DNA of 64,000 nt from Macrostomum lignano (taxonomy: Eukaryota): contig NIVC01000661.1 in NCBI GenBank assembly GCA_002269645.1, positions 425,118-489,117 on the forward strand, in the 5' to 3' direction. The notes below the pieces were generated by a model. That model did not search any database and had not been told where the DNA came from. It saw nothing but the letters and a program-made list of their open reading frames with translations. Below, piece after piece: positions 30,374 through 44,200 of this stretch. Every line of letters starts with the position of its first letter. The first letter of the stretch is position 1. The position numbers and the translations under genes are program-made.

Positions 30374-32774
30374 TTAAATCCTCAAACCACTACCGACATC
30401 ATCTTGCTCTTCATCCTCCCGGTCATCCTCTTCTTCGTCTGTGTCTTCAACATCTTCGGGCGCTCCGCCCTGAATGGAGGCTTCGGCCACCGCAACTACG
30501 CCGCCGCCGCCACCGCCGCCGACGACACGATGATAATGGTGCAGCGGCGGCAGCTGCGGCGCCTGCGGTTGCTGGGCGGCCAGCTGGGCTACATTCAAAT
30601 CGCAGCAGTGCACGGCCGGGCCGCTGTCGGCCAGGTACACCCTGTCCGGGGCTACTCCGCACAGGGCGTTCACCTTGTCTGAATGGGCGAAGGAGCCACC
30701 AGACCAGTCGGAGTCCAGATTCCACAGAAAGCAGTCGCAGTCGTTGCCACCGGAGAGCAGCAGGTGGCCGGGCAGGCACAGCAGGGCGCTTACGGCCGCT
30801 GTGTGGCCGTAGAGACTCTCCGCGTGCTGCAGGTGCCGGCCTGAGTGATGAAGTTGATCCGATTGGGGGCACCGATTAAGAGGACAAAAGAACAGCAAAA
30901 AATATTGATAAAAAGGCGGCACATCAAAGAACCCAATTAAAGAGAGATGGCACATCAAAGAACGCAATAAAATATGGCGGCTCATGAAAGAACCCACTTA
31001 AACAAAGGTGGCACATCGAAGAACCCGAATTAAAGGACCCTAAGGAACCCAATTAAAGAGCTAAGGCGGCATATCAAAGAACCCAATTAGACAGAGGCGG
31101 CACATCAAAGAACTCAATTAGAGAGGCCGCACATCAAAGAACCCAATTAAAGGGAGGTGGCACATCAAAGAACCCAATTAAAGGGAGGCGGCACATCAAA
31201 GAACCCAATTAAAGAGAAGCGGCACATCAAAGAACCCAATTAAAGGGAGGCGGCACATCAAAGAACCCAATTAAAGAGAAGCGGCACATCAAAGAACCCA
31301 ATTAAAGGGAGGCGGCACATCAAAGAACCCAATAAAGAGAGGCGACGCATCAAACACCCCAATAAAGAGAGGCGACGCATCAAACACCCCAATTAACGAG
31401 AGGCGACACATCAAAGAACCCAATTAAACAAAGTCGGCACATGAAACAACCAAGATAGCAAACACACGGTCTCAAGCAGCATTACCCCCGGCGCTGAACA
31501 GCTCAACAGATCCATTCTCTAAGCCGGCCGCAGCGTACAGGCCATCGGGCGTGGCTGCCAGGCAGTGGATCAAAGGCTGCGATGCCTGCACCTGTCCAGC
31601 GGCCGCCGCGTCGCTGCACAGCTCGGCGTCCAGAATCTCGTCGATGTCGAATATGTTGAGGGCGTGACCCCGGCGACCTTTCCAGTCCGTGACAACAAGC
31701 CGGCAGTCCATGCCGCCGGAGATGAGCTGCGAAATGGAATGCAATGCTCAATGCAGGTGTCAAGTCCAGATGTTTGACATTTTTGTTTACATACTGAGAG
31801 TAGTTTCCACATTTGAGCACATATTGAGAATAACGCCTTCGGCGAAATCGTGCCACTACCTCAGACACTAAAATAACTAGATGGGCCACTCAGGCATATA
31901 TACTTAGTAAAACAGCTTTCTTCTTTCAGTTAAGTAGCAAAGAAGAATACATAAGCTATTTTTTTAAAATAGGCGCCCAAGTATTCTATCTTGGCGCCCA
32001 AATATTCTATCTTTAGCGCCTGGGTATTATAGCTTGGCGCTCTGCTTTTCTATTTCGTTGCCCGACTATCGTACTTGGGGCGCCATACTACCTTATTTAG
32101 CGCTCTCGGCTACCCTGGCGTTGCCATACAAATAACTGCACCCTGGCAACTAAGCCGGCACTCAAACACCTGCATAATGTTGCAGTCCCACAAACAGAGA
32201 CAATGGCACGCATAGAGACCACAGTCCGGACCTGCCAGTCCTTGCCGGGTCTGAACAGCACAGCTGACGCAATGCTGTCGTGCTTCCTCAGCGACCGAAT
32301 CAGCTCGCCAGTCTCGCCGTCGAACACCCGAATCCAGCCGCCGTCGTCAGCGGTGGCCAGGCGGCGTTCGCCAGCCGCTGCCGAAGTTGGCGAAGTCAGC
32401 AGCGCCAGTCCGTTGACTTCGTCAGAGCCGCCGGCCTGAGTGGCCGCAGGCTGACCCGCCGGTACAACAAACAGCGGCTCTCGAGGCCGAATCGCTCGGG
32501 TGTCCCAGGCGACCAGGTGGCTGCCCTGCGCGGCGTACAGCCGGCCTGGCTGCCAGGCGTCGGCGAAGGCCAACGCCGACACGGCGCCAACGCTGCTGGC
32601 GGCCCCACCGATGTCGGTGAGGCCAGGCGGACAGCGGAGCCGGGCGCGCAGGCGGCGCAGCTCCGAGTCCCACAGGCAGATGACGCCTTCGTCGCAGCCA
32701 GATGCGAGCTGGCGACCGTCGTCGGTCAGGGCGAGGGCGTTGATTGACGCATTGTGACCGTCGGAGAGGGTCAT
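30374..32774 (-). CDS. WDR53: WD40-repeat protein WDR53-like, 3 exons (32232-32774, 31486-31726, 30374-30840), about 416 aa, acidic tail
   Basis: GHNASINAL, LASGCDEG, RLYAAQG, LATADDGGWIRVFD, LIRSLRKHDSIASAVLFRP, LISGGMD, YGHTAAVS...LLSGGND and HSDKVN are colinear with WDR53 as I recall it. Phases are consistent; the first donor (GTCCGG) is weak. Confidence 0.85.
30990..31440. repeat. ~31-bp minisatellite (GGCGGCACATCAAAGAACCCAATTAAAGAGA)
   Basis: Fills WDR53 intron 2. Confidence 0.9.
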
Positions 32775-35700
32775 GACTGCGGCGGCGGCGGAGATGACAG
32801 TTTTCAGCCTCTGAGACAATCTACTGATGCAATCGTACTGACAGTAGTAAATATGTTTGTGCTGAGAATATGCTGGTCACAGCTGCGGACAGTGAGTGGC
32901 AGGTGATAAACATTGGTTAAACTTTAAACCATAGTGAACATGATCTCAATGTATATCAGGTAGGGTTTCAAAGTCTATTAACCCCACAAGAAAGCAATCA
33001 TTAGTTTATGGAGATTATTGCAACATTATCACCTAGTAAGTTACATGTATAATTCTGACATAAAAACACACAGTATACAACTAATGAGATAGCCATGTCT
33101 AATAATAAATAATATAATGCCCCTATAAAAGGCTATAAAATTGGCTTAGCTATATCAAAGAGGTGATAGCTTGTTAAAAGTTATTAATTGGCTAAATTTT
33201 AATTGGCTAAACTGTTTTTAAAACCTTTTTTCAATGTCTATATTTGCTTAGCCTTTTATGCCAAACACAAATGTCTTTTGGAAAATTATTTAAATTTGTC
33301 AAGGTCCCTACTTGCTAGTCAATTATCTTTTGCCAATTTGACTACTAATAGACAAAGTTACAAATGGACATTGGACAAAATGAAAGCAAAACAAAGTTAT
33401 ATTTTTATTGGCAATGATGACTGCAACTATATTTAAAATTGCAACTTATAAGTGTATAGAAAATCAGAAACCTGAATAATATTTGTGTCAAAATATTCAA
33501 ACTTTTTAAATTCTAAAGACAAAATTAACATAATTTTTGGTAAACAGCAAGAGTAACTATGACTATATTATTAAGGCTGAAACTATATTTTCAGGTAGGC
33601 ATTTTTGTAACTTTCTTCAGCTAGGCCACTCATTAGCCATCCATATTGGCTGGGTGTTTTGTATATACGATCTATTTTAATTATCATAGGAGGTCTAGTC
33701 ATAAACATAATATAAATGTAAATAAAAAATAATATTGGCCTAATAGATAGAAAAAATGCTTATTTAGACTTACTATTTTGTATATAAACTAGAACTAGAT
33801 ATAGACAAATTGAGAATAGATGATAAACACCTACTAAATTGCAAATACTAAAATTTTTTCTATTTTATCGAATACAAAAGGCCAGGATAGAAAATTTGTA
33901 CAAAATCCTAGATGTAATCTGTGCATGCAAACAAAAACTTGCATATTTGCATATACACATTTTTGGCAACCCTATTGGAATAGGTTGACAAAACATGGAA
34001 GACTGTCCATCACATTTTTGGATTCAAGTCAAGTGGTATGTCGCCTTGCGCGACACTGTGGAAACCTGGTGTCGTCATGCGTTGCATCGCGTGACGTGAC
34101 AGTGTGGCAACTTGGTGGCTGGCATTGTCATGTGTCCCGTTGCAGCCTTGATCTGTAGCCAAAACCTCGCAAATTGTGTTTCATTGTAATATGTTCACGG
34201 TTGTTTCTTGGTATTTAAATGTTTCAAACATGTTTGATAATAACTAGTTCTTGAATTGTTCTTTTTTATTTTGACAGTAAAGTAACTAATACTTCAAATA
34301 TAATTTTTAGAAATGTTACTTGTTAGTTACAATGCATGTGCTGTTTTTTTTAAGTGTTGAACCTTTGTTGTTTTACTGTTTATTGTTTTTAAATTGCATT
34401 TCTTTTTCTACGAAATTGAAAGGAATGCTCTCATCCCTTGCCCCATGGTCTGTGTTGGGAGTGAACAGCAGAATAGGAATTGTCAATTGCAACCTGGCTG
34501 CTGTGGCATCCTCCCCCCTGGTCATTCAGTCAATAGACATTGGTGTTGCCTCATGCATTGCCACACCCCAGTCAAAAAATTTAGTGTTGTGTCGCACTTT
34601 TGAGGGCACAATTTTGGCACCCTTGTTGCACATTTGCGGGTTTTTTGAAACTTATTCCAATAGGGTTTGGCAAACTTGCATAATTATAAAAGGTTTATAT
34701 ATGTAGTGCACAGCTTTTATTTGTTCAAAAAACTTATATGATTTTATTTGAAAATGTAAAATATTACACTTGTTACATAAAAAAGTTATTGTATTTAAAA
34801 GTAAAGCCACTAAGCATTATATTAAGAAAAAAAGATAATTATAAATGTATCTTTAAATATTATTTTGTATGAAACATCTTTAAAAAGTTTTTTTGATAAA
34901 ATTTAAGAGCCAGAAAACTTGTACAGTTTAAGGTTAAAAACTTACACAAAAAAATGTGTGCCATATTTTGGAACTTGGAACTTTTGTTCTAAAAGCAAAA
35001 TTGATAGGGCCTAGGCCTATGCTATAATTCTATCCAAGAATAAGAGGTTGATAAGAATTAAAAAAGTTTATTATATTGACTTTAAATTATTTAATGATCT
35101 TTATACTAGAAACTATCATATTTGAAATCAATTAAAAAGTACAAAAATGCCCTTTATTTATTTAGGAGTTAGGAATGCTACAATACTTAATGCCTTTTCT
35201 ATAAAAAAATGTTTAATTTGTTATCATCCAAATGAAAACTAGATATATTTTAATTTAAATTGATAAAAAAAATTTTTTAAAGCAAGTGAACTACTACTAC
35301 TACTAGCATTATTTGTCATTTTAAATGGTTGAAACAAGATTACTAGATTACCAAAAGTTTCTAATAATAGTCTTGATGCTTATATTTAGCGATATCATGG
35401 CAAATAGAATCTTGTGTAAAATATTTTAATATTTTCTACAATAAGACTTAGTTGATGTTAGAGCCGTAGAGCGCTACTTTTTGAGGTCGTTTTTTAGCTT
35501 TAGGCCTTTAGCTAAAGGCCTAAAAGTCTAAAACTAAACTAGAATTTAGAAGTCAAGCTTTATAATTTTAGTTAAAATAATAGTTAGAATAAACTAGGGC
35601 AAATCGATCTATGATTTGATTTTATATGAGTAAACGAGCAAAACCAAAACTAACCAAATCTTACCTCACACTCACAGATAGAAAGACAGGCGTATTTAAC

Positions 35701-37238
35701 GTCGTCTTTTAGTTTATTTTAGCTTTAAAACATGTTTCGAAGAAAAACATTGTTTGAAAAACTTGTGAACCAGCTGACTATGCAAATAAAAAATTATGGG
35801 CGTAAAAAACGATAGAATACAGTTTAAGTTCAGATATTTCCCACTTTCCCATTTATCAAATTCAGCATAAATCAATGAAAAATAATTTACAGGTACACCT
35901 TAAGACTTTGCCAGCCCTCGATACAAACCTACTGTGATAACTGAGACAGAGGTGCCAGTGTTTTCTATCGAGTAAAACTCTTACACTCTCGCCGTGCTGA
36001 ATTTTTGTAAACCCCCCACGCAAACTGTAACTGCCTGCCATACGATAACACTGTCATAAAGAAGAATTCACTTTTTTAGGGAACAGCACGGAATATTAGG
36101 TACAGGAGTTACTCTCCTTATTACAAGTATACCTTACTTATCTCTGGCAGTGTGTGGTGCACCTTGAAAGTGTTTATGAGAGGGAGTACGAACTTGTCCG
36201 GAAAAATCGCTTCGAGCGAATATCGCACGAAATGAACTTCCAGATGCTGCGGTCGGGCAAGTCCATTTTTACGGTTCTGCAGTTTCATCAAAATGAATAA
36301 ATGAACACTTCCATACACACGTGCACGATTTGGTGAGCCTAAGCATGTACATGCATTGCTGCAAGGCTTGCTCTCGTGACTTTTGTGCATTTCCACTGGG
36401 TGCTGTGAATGTTTTTGCGTTCGTCTTTCTCTCGCTCTCTGTGCGTGTGATTAAGTCATTTCTTTCCAACCCAGCGTTTTGGTCGCCCAGCCTTTTTTCC
36501 CAGGGCTTTTTTCGGTCCTTGTCTTTTCTTCACATTTTCCTCACATCGCTTTTGTTCATGTTTATCTGTCTCTCCCCGCGCGAACTCTTATCTCCTCTGC
36601 GTTTTGATTGGCTGTCTCTCTGTGCGTGCGGTTAATCTCTCCACCCCGCGGCTTTGGTCGCCTATTCCCGGGGCTCATGTTTTATCTGTCTGCCCTCTCT
36701 CTCCCTTGGCGCACTCTTATCGATTTTCTAAGCTATGCATGGGCCTGTGCCAATATTCCTGCAAAAACGTTAATTGTTCTCGCCAGTTTAACAAAGATGC
36801 GCGCTGTCTCGCCTGCTGATACAAATATTTAAATAAACCTGCAAACTTTACGGACAGTCAGGAAATAGTTTAAAACAATAAAATTTTATTATAATGAAAA
36901 AAAACGATAAAAATCTGGACACAATGAAGATTTCTTCATAATGTCAATGCGTTCCCTTTTAGTTTCAATGGTATATTTACAGCAAACTGTGAGCAGAGTG
37001 GCAAGGCACGGATACCGAGTCATTAGGAAAAATTATTGAAATCCCATAGGAGAATTGTACGTGATGCAGAGCTGTGGAATATAAATTAATAAGCAAAACT
37101 TTCTGCACCAATTTGATGATCAACTTTGAAGTCATGAAGATTAAAGTGAACAGCATTAGATGCTGTCAATAATGAACATGATTTTGCTCTTGTCAAGCCT
37201 GAAATCACGATCATGATCAGCCTAAAACAAGATTTACG

Positions 37239-37432
37239 TTAAAACCTTGGCTCGACCAGGTGCACAGCTCCGCCAGTGGTGCCAACAGCCAGTTGAAGTT
37301 CGTGCACGGGCGAGAAGTCTGTGGTCACCACGCTGCTGCCGGTGCCCAGCACGGTGGCTGCGGAAGGGCAGGCGGAATATCAACAGACAGGCATTCAAAC
37401 AGACAGACAGACAGACAGACACTAAGACACTA

Positions 37433-37481
<49 letters not shown>

Positions 37482-37524
37482 CTAACACAGACAGACACTA
37501 AGACAGACAGACAAACAGACACTA

Positions 37525-37581
<57 letters not shown>

Positions 37582-37656
37582 CTAAGACAGACACTAAGAC
37601 AGACAGACACTAAGACAGACAGACAGACAGACAGACACTAAGACAGACAGACACTA

Positions 37657-37721
<65 letters not shown>

Positions 37722-39916
37722 CTAAGACAGACAGACAGACAGACACTAAGACAGACAGACAGACACCCGGACGCACCAACAGGCCGCACGGGCTCGCTGC
37801 CAGTCCGCTCCAGCCAGTCCAGCCGCCCGTTAGCGAACAATCGAACTCCCCTAGCAAACGGGGAGGCCAGAAATCGCCGGCAGCCGCTGAAGCTGATCTC
37901 TTTGATAATCTGCCGGGCGGCGATTGGCTCCTCGAACTGGCCAATGAGAGTGGAGCCTGCGGCGCCGGGCTGCAGCCAGTGCAGGTAGGTGCTGCAGCTG
38001 ACGGGCGCGGGCCCGGCAAGAAGTTGGCTAAGCCGCCACGGTTGGCTCAGGTCGATGGCGAAGCCGCGGCTGGCCACGAGGCAGCCGGACGGGTGCAGGC
38101 AGAGCGAGGATAGGCTGACCTCCTCGGTGTCCGGCCGGTCGTTGAAGCCCGAGTGCACCAGCGAGGCCAGGTTGCGGCTGAGGCCCTCGGAGCTGTCGGA
38201 GACGCGCCGCTGCAGCGCCAACAACGCAGTCTGAATATGGACGTCGGAGGCCTCTTCGTCGAGAGCGTCGGTGAGCCAGGCGTCTGGCTGGAAGTCCGGC
38301 AGGTCGCTGGCGAGGGTCTCTGGATCGAATCGGTCGATGAGCACCAGGAAGGATCGATAGGCGAGCACGAGGCGGTTGCTGTCCGGATGCAGGCGGGCCC
38401 GCATGAGCTGGCTGGTGCTCCAGGCGGGGCAGCTGTCGCTCAGCCGCAGAGTTCCAGTGTCGTAGAAAATCAGCTGATGAGGGTGCCAGCAAAAATTCTG
38501 TTTTTTGTTTGCCTAGTTGTTGCGTCCCTCCAATCTAAATGACCAGTTTAACAGTCCATGAACTAACTATTAAACCATCTTGCATGTACGTCACTCATAA
38601 GTCCATGTGAACTCCCTAAAACCCTAGCTCACTCAGATGTCCATGAACTCACTAAAACCCTAGCTCACTGAGAAGTCCATGTGAACTCCCTAAAACCCTA
38701 GCTCACTCAGATGTCCATGAACTCCCTAAAACCCTAGCTCACTGAGAAGTCCATGAACTCCCTAAAACCCTAGCTCACTGAGAAGTCCATGAACTCCCTA
38801 AAACCCTAGCTCACTCAGATGTCCATGTGAACTCCCTAAAACCCTAGCTCACTCAGATGTCCATGAACTTACTAAAACCCTAGCTCACTGAGAGTCCATG
38901 AACTCCCTAAAACCCTAGCTCACTCAGATGTCCATGAACTCCAAAAAATCGTGAAGTCCATGAACTCCCTAAAATCGTGACGTCCATGAACTACTCCCTA
39001 AAATCGTGAAGTCCATGAACTCCCTAAAATCGTGAAGTCCATGAACTCCCTAAAATCGTGAAGTCCATGAACTCCCTAAAATCGTGAAGTCCATGAACTC
39101 CCTAAAATCGTGAAGTCCATGAACTCCCTAAAATCGTGAAGTCCATGAACTCCCTAAAATCGTGAAGTCCATGAACTCCCTAAAATCGTGAAGTCCATGA
39201 ACTCCCTAAAATCGTGAAGTCCATGAACTCCCTAAAATCGTGAAGTCCATGAACTCCCTAAAATCGTGAAGTCCATAAACTCCCTAAAATCGTGAAGTCC
39301 ATAAACTCCCTAAAATCGTGAAGTCCATGAACTCCCTAAAATCGTGAAGTCCATGAACTCCCTAAATATCTCTCCAAAAACCAACCTGCGACCGGAAGCC
39401 GGACACCATGAGCAGCTGGCTGGCTGGCGCGCACTCCAGATTCTTGATGCAGCCAGCCTCGGTGCTGAGCACAGCCAGCGGGCGGCCCGGCCGCCGCAGG
39501 TCCCACACCCGGCACTGGCCGGAATCGCAGCCGGTGGCGAACACGCAGTCGCCGCCGCCAAGAAACGCGGCGACATTGACGCAGTCCTCGTGCGCGTTCC
39601 GGTTGACAAAGACCGGCCGGCCGCCGCCAACACGGAAGTCCCACCTGGCCAGGGCGCGCCTCTCGTACATGGCCAGCAAAGTGCGGCCGTCGCTGGGATG
39701 GTGCAGCACGTTGAACACGCTGCCCAGGCCGGCGTCCAAGGCTGGCCCGGCCAGTGTCAGGCCGCCAAGGAGGCTCGCTTGGACCGCCTGCGGCTGGGGC
39801 TGCTCGTAACTCCGGCATCGCAGGTGTGAGAATACTGACCGCGGCTGCAACTGCGTGTGTATGGGATTGGGGATCTCTGCGGCGCTTTTGGACGCGATTC
39901 CCCAATGAAATCCCAT
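37239..39916 (-). CDS. DCAF10: DDB1- and CUL4-associated factor 10 (WDR32)-like, exons 39386-39916 (5' end uncertain; alternative start at acceptor 39844), 37777-38473, 37239-37357
   Basis: GSVFNV, NAHEDCVN, FATGCD, WDLRR, IKNLE, LLMVSGF, LMRARLHPD, IIKEISFS...LASPF..GVRL and the C-terminus VVTTDFSP..LQLAVG..GAVHLVEPRF match DCAF10 motifs. Splice phases are consistent. Confidence 0.88.
37385..37765. repeat. Compound (GACA)n/GACACTAA microsatellite
   Basis: Makes up almost all of the last DCAF10 intron. Confidence 0.97.
38600..39362. repeat. Two-part minisatellite: ~36-bp GTCCATGAACTCCCTAAAACCCTAGCTCACTCAGAT, then 26-bp GTCCATGAACTCCCTAAAATCGTGAA
   Basis: Visible in the DCAF10 intron; the unit changes near 38940. 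Confidence 0.95.
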
Positions 39917-40275
39917 GTTGCAATGACATTCCCCATTGAAATCTGCATTCTGCAATAGCATTCCCCATTGAAATCCCCATGCTGCAATGACATTCCCCAT
40001 TGAAATCCCCATGCTGCAATGACATTCCCCATTGAAATCCCCATGCTGCAATGACATTCCCATTGAAATCTGCATTCTGCAATAGCATTCCCCATTGAAA
40101 TCCCCATGCTGCAATGACATTCCCCAATGAAATCCCCATGCTGCAATGACATTCCCCATTGAAATCTGCATTCTGCAATAGCATTCCCCATTGAAATCCC
40201 CATGCTGCAATGACATTCCCCATTGAAATCCCCATGCTGCAATAGCATTCCCCATTGAAATCCCATGCTGCAATG
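39905..40275. repeat. ~32-bp minisatellite (CATTCCCCATTGAAATCCCCATGCTGCAATGA)
   Basis: Visible; abuts the DCAF10 5' end. Confidence 0.93.
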
Positions 40276-40619
40276 ACTTTGCCCATTGATTTTATTGGCA
40301 TTTATATACTTTACACATTAGTACAAATTTCACTGACTTGTACGGAAATCATTTAATGATAAAAAATGACATTAATTCAGCAAAACCATAAATTTAAAAT
40401 ATTAAAAGGCTGATATAACTTTTATTAATTATACTACGTCTTGAATTTACATTAATTCTGTTCTAGCGAAAAACTGCTTCAGCAAGAAATGCAACAAAGT
40501 GAAACACGCATACGGCAAGCCCAAAATATTAGACAATGTACGGCTGACACTACTAACAGTAGGCGAATCGGTCGCGTATTAATAAATTGACTGAAAATTA
40601 TGAACTTTACATAGCTTGT

Positions 40620-41190
40620 TGTCCTGACCAGAACCGACCAGTCCTGACCAGAACCGACCAGTCCTGACTAGAACCGACCAGTCCTGACCAGAACCGACCA
40701 CTCCTGACCAGAACCGACAAGTCCTGACCAGAATCGACCAGTCCTGACCAGAACCGACAAGTCCTGACCAGAACTGACAAGTCCTGACCAGAATCGACCA
40801 GTCCTGACAAGAACCGACCAGTCCTGACCTGAATGGACCAATCCTGACCAGAACCGACAAGTCCTGACCAGAACCGACAAGTCCTGACCAAAACCGATCA
40901 GTCCTGACCAGAACTGATCACTCCTGACCAGAACCGACCAGTCCTGACTAGAACCGACCAGTCCTGATCAGAACCGACAAGTCCTGACCAGAATCGACCA
41001 GCCCTGACCAAAACCGATCAGTCCTGACCAGAACCGACAAGTCCTGACCAGAACTGACAAGTCCTGACCAGAATCGACCAGTCCTTACCAGAACCGACAA
41101 GTCCTGACCAAAACCGACCAGTCCTGACCAGAACCGACAAGTCCTGACCAGAACCGACAAGGATCCTGACCTGAATCGACCAGTCCTGAC
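40620..41190. repeat. 20-bp minisatellite (GTCCTGACCAGAACCGAC(C/A)A), about 28 copies
   Basis: Visible; begins just past the stop of the upstream gene. Confidence 0.95.
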
Positions 41191-41205
41191 CAGTTCATTT
41201 CTGAA

Positions 41206-44200
41206 TCAAAGCAGAGCCAATTCAACAGCCCGCAGCAGCTCTCCAGCTTCAATCGCAGCTCCATCAAGACTCTCGGCATCGCCGCCTTCATCGCCGCCAT
41301 CATCGCCGGGACTCAGCCGATAGCCGCCACGACCGGCGGCGGCGACCAATCCCAGCGCCCGGAGTCGCTCCAAATCCGCCAATTCTTCCGCGTCAACGCC
41401 GTCGCCGCCCACGGTGGCATCGGCTCCGTCAAGCAGGCGACACAGCAGCGCCGACATCCGGCGCAGCTCCGTCTGGCACAGATCGCCCAGCTGCAGCAGG
41501 CAGGCCCGACCCGCCTCCCTCACCACCAGGCTGGCAGCCGTCGGGTTCAACGCCAGATTTCTCAGCCGGAACCGCGCCGCCGCTGCCGAAGCTCCGGGAT
41601 CGTCGGCAAAAGCGGCACCGGCAGCGACGTCGGTGCCGTCCGCTCCTTCGACATCCTCGCCGGCATCGTCTTCGGATAGTCCAGAGCACCGATGGCCAGC
41701 AGGCAGTCAACCGCGGACTCGGCCAGGCTGCCGGCCACGTCCAGCTCGGCGAAGCGGGCATCGGCGGCGGACAGGCCGGCGCCGCAGGCCCGGCCAAGGA
41801 GGCGAAGCTGCGGCAGGCGATGCGCCAGACTGAGCAGCAGCGCTGAGCAAGACTCAACCAGCTGGTGCCGCAGCACGCAGCTCTGAACCGCCAGGCCCAG
41901 CTGGTTGGCCAGCAGGGCGGCCGTCAGGCAGACGGGCAGCAGGCGGTCCGCAATCGGCCGCGGCAGGAGGCGCCGGCTGCTGCCAGCTGATGACGGCGCC
42001 AACCAGGCGCGCAGAGCCGCCTCGGAGTCGTAGCTGAAGGCGAAGGCGAATCTCAGCTGGTCGGTCAGAAACGAGGCGCAGTCGTCGAGAGACTGTGGGA
42101 TATCGGGTTTTTCGGCGATAGAGAAATAACAAATAAGTTTCAAAAACTGCTACAACACAGCAAACAACTTAGCGTTCGTAGCAAACATTGAGTATCCTTT
42201 TAACTCTTTAATTAAGCAAGCCCTAGTAACCGGTTTGGCGGCCCTAGCAACTACATTTGCAGTCATAGCAACCACTTAAGTGCCTAGCAACCACTTTGAT
42301 GTCCCTAACAACCATTTTTTGCATTGATATTAATAGTAAGCATTCTGGCGCTCTAGAAACGACTTTGACGTCATTAGAAACCTCTTTAGGAGTCCTAGCA
42401 ACCACTTTGGCGTACTTAAAAACCATTTCAAAGCCTAAGACTATGCATAAACCCAGCTTTAACAGTGCTTATTCAGACACCAAGATTCCAAAAGTTGTTT
42501 GTACTCGCAGGATGAATTCATATAAAAACTCTTACGCAAAGTCCGATAGACTGGTTGCCAGCGCCCGGTCCAGAGCAACCCAGCATGAGGTCGGCAAAAT
42601 CCACCAATTGCTTGGGCATCAACGGTCGGTGAAAGTGCAGACACCACAGCAGGTGCCTGCGTAGCCGCTCCAGCGACTGTCGCGGACCGTCCGAGCTGCC
42701 GCCGCCCATCATCATCAGCCAATCGCGGAATCCGACAGCCTCGCCGAGAACCGCCGCGGCGATAGACAGCGGCCGACAATTGTCGAAGTCGTCGTCTTCA
42801 ACGGCGACAGCCAGTGAGCAGGCAACGACGTCGGGTAGCTCGCCAGACGTCAGCGCCTCGGACAGCAGGTCGAAAGCCGCATCCTGCTCGGCGTTATTGG
42901 CGTCGGCAACGTCGCCGACATGCTGATCGACAACCCACAGGAGAGTCCGGCCAGCCGCGGTCAGGTGCACCAGCGACATCAGGACGAGCTCGCCGAAGCT
43001 GGGATCATCCAGGACTAGCCGATCGAACTTCAGCACGTCGGCTGGGTTCAACGAAGACTGCGCGGGAGTCAGCAGGACGGGGCGAAGCTGGACAAGAAGC
43101 GGCGCGGCCGCGGCGAGGCCAACGCTATCGGTGACGAGGAGCAGCGGCGAGGCCGCCGACACCGAGGCGGTCAGACGGCGAAGATTTGCCAGCGAGACAG
43201 CGTCGATAAGCAGTCGGCGTTGCGGCTGGCGGCTGAAGCAGCGCGCTGTGAAGGGAGAGAGGCGGAGAGTTTTTATAGTGAACTGGCGAGCTGTCAAAGT
43301 GCGCCAGCCGTATTGACGGGCATGAGCAGTAGGAAAGGTTAAACTGACGGTGGAAATAAGGGTTTCGGCTTATAGTTGCGGTGGTAAAGAATGCAGAGAT
43401 GGGATAATGAGATACGCAAGTAGACATGGGGATGAGGGACAACATGGGGGATAAAGAGGGAGAGAGTCTGGGGACAGGCTGAGATGGGATGGAGATTGGG
43501 TGAGACAGAATGGTGATAGAATGCCATTATATTTAGGAATGAGATAGGATGGGGAGGGAATGAGATAGGATGGAAAAGGAATGAGATAAAATGGAAGGGA
43601 ATGAGATAGGATGGGGAGGGAATGAGATAGGATGGAAAAGGAATGAGATAAAATGGAAGGGAATGAGATAGGATGGAAAAGGAATGAGATAGGATGGAAA
43701 AGGAATGAGATAGGATAGGGAGGGAAGGAGAGAGGATAGGGAGGGAATGAGATAGGATGGGGAGGGAATGAGATAGGATGGGGAGGGAATGAGATAGGAT
43801 GGGGAGGGAATGAGATAGGATGGGGAGGGAATGAGATAGGATGGGGAGGGAATGAGATAGGATGGGGAGGGAATGAGATAGGATGGAAAGGGAATGAGAT
43901 AGGATGGAAAAGGAATGAGATAGGATGGAAAAGGAATGAGATAGGATAGGGAGGGAAGGAGAGAGGATAGGGAGGGAATGAGATAGGATGGGGAGGGAAT
44001 GAGATAGGATGGAAAGGGAATGAGATAAAATGGAAGGGAATGAGATAGGATGGAAAAGGAATGAGATAGGATGGAAAAGGAATGAGATAGGATAGGGAGG
44101 GAAGGAGAGAGGATAGGGAGGGAATGAGATAGGATGGGGAGGGAATGAGATAGGATGGGGAGGGAATGAGATAGGATGGGGAGGGAATGAGATAGGATGG

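Noticed and set aside
34320-34706. 128-aa ORF and overlapping Cys-rich ORF
   Set aside because: No motif or splice context; TTG start in AT-rich DNA.
38615-38930. CCCTAAAACCCTAG as interstitial telomere
   Set aside because: Only two imperfect units inside a longer minisatellite unit, not a (TTAGGG)n tract.
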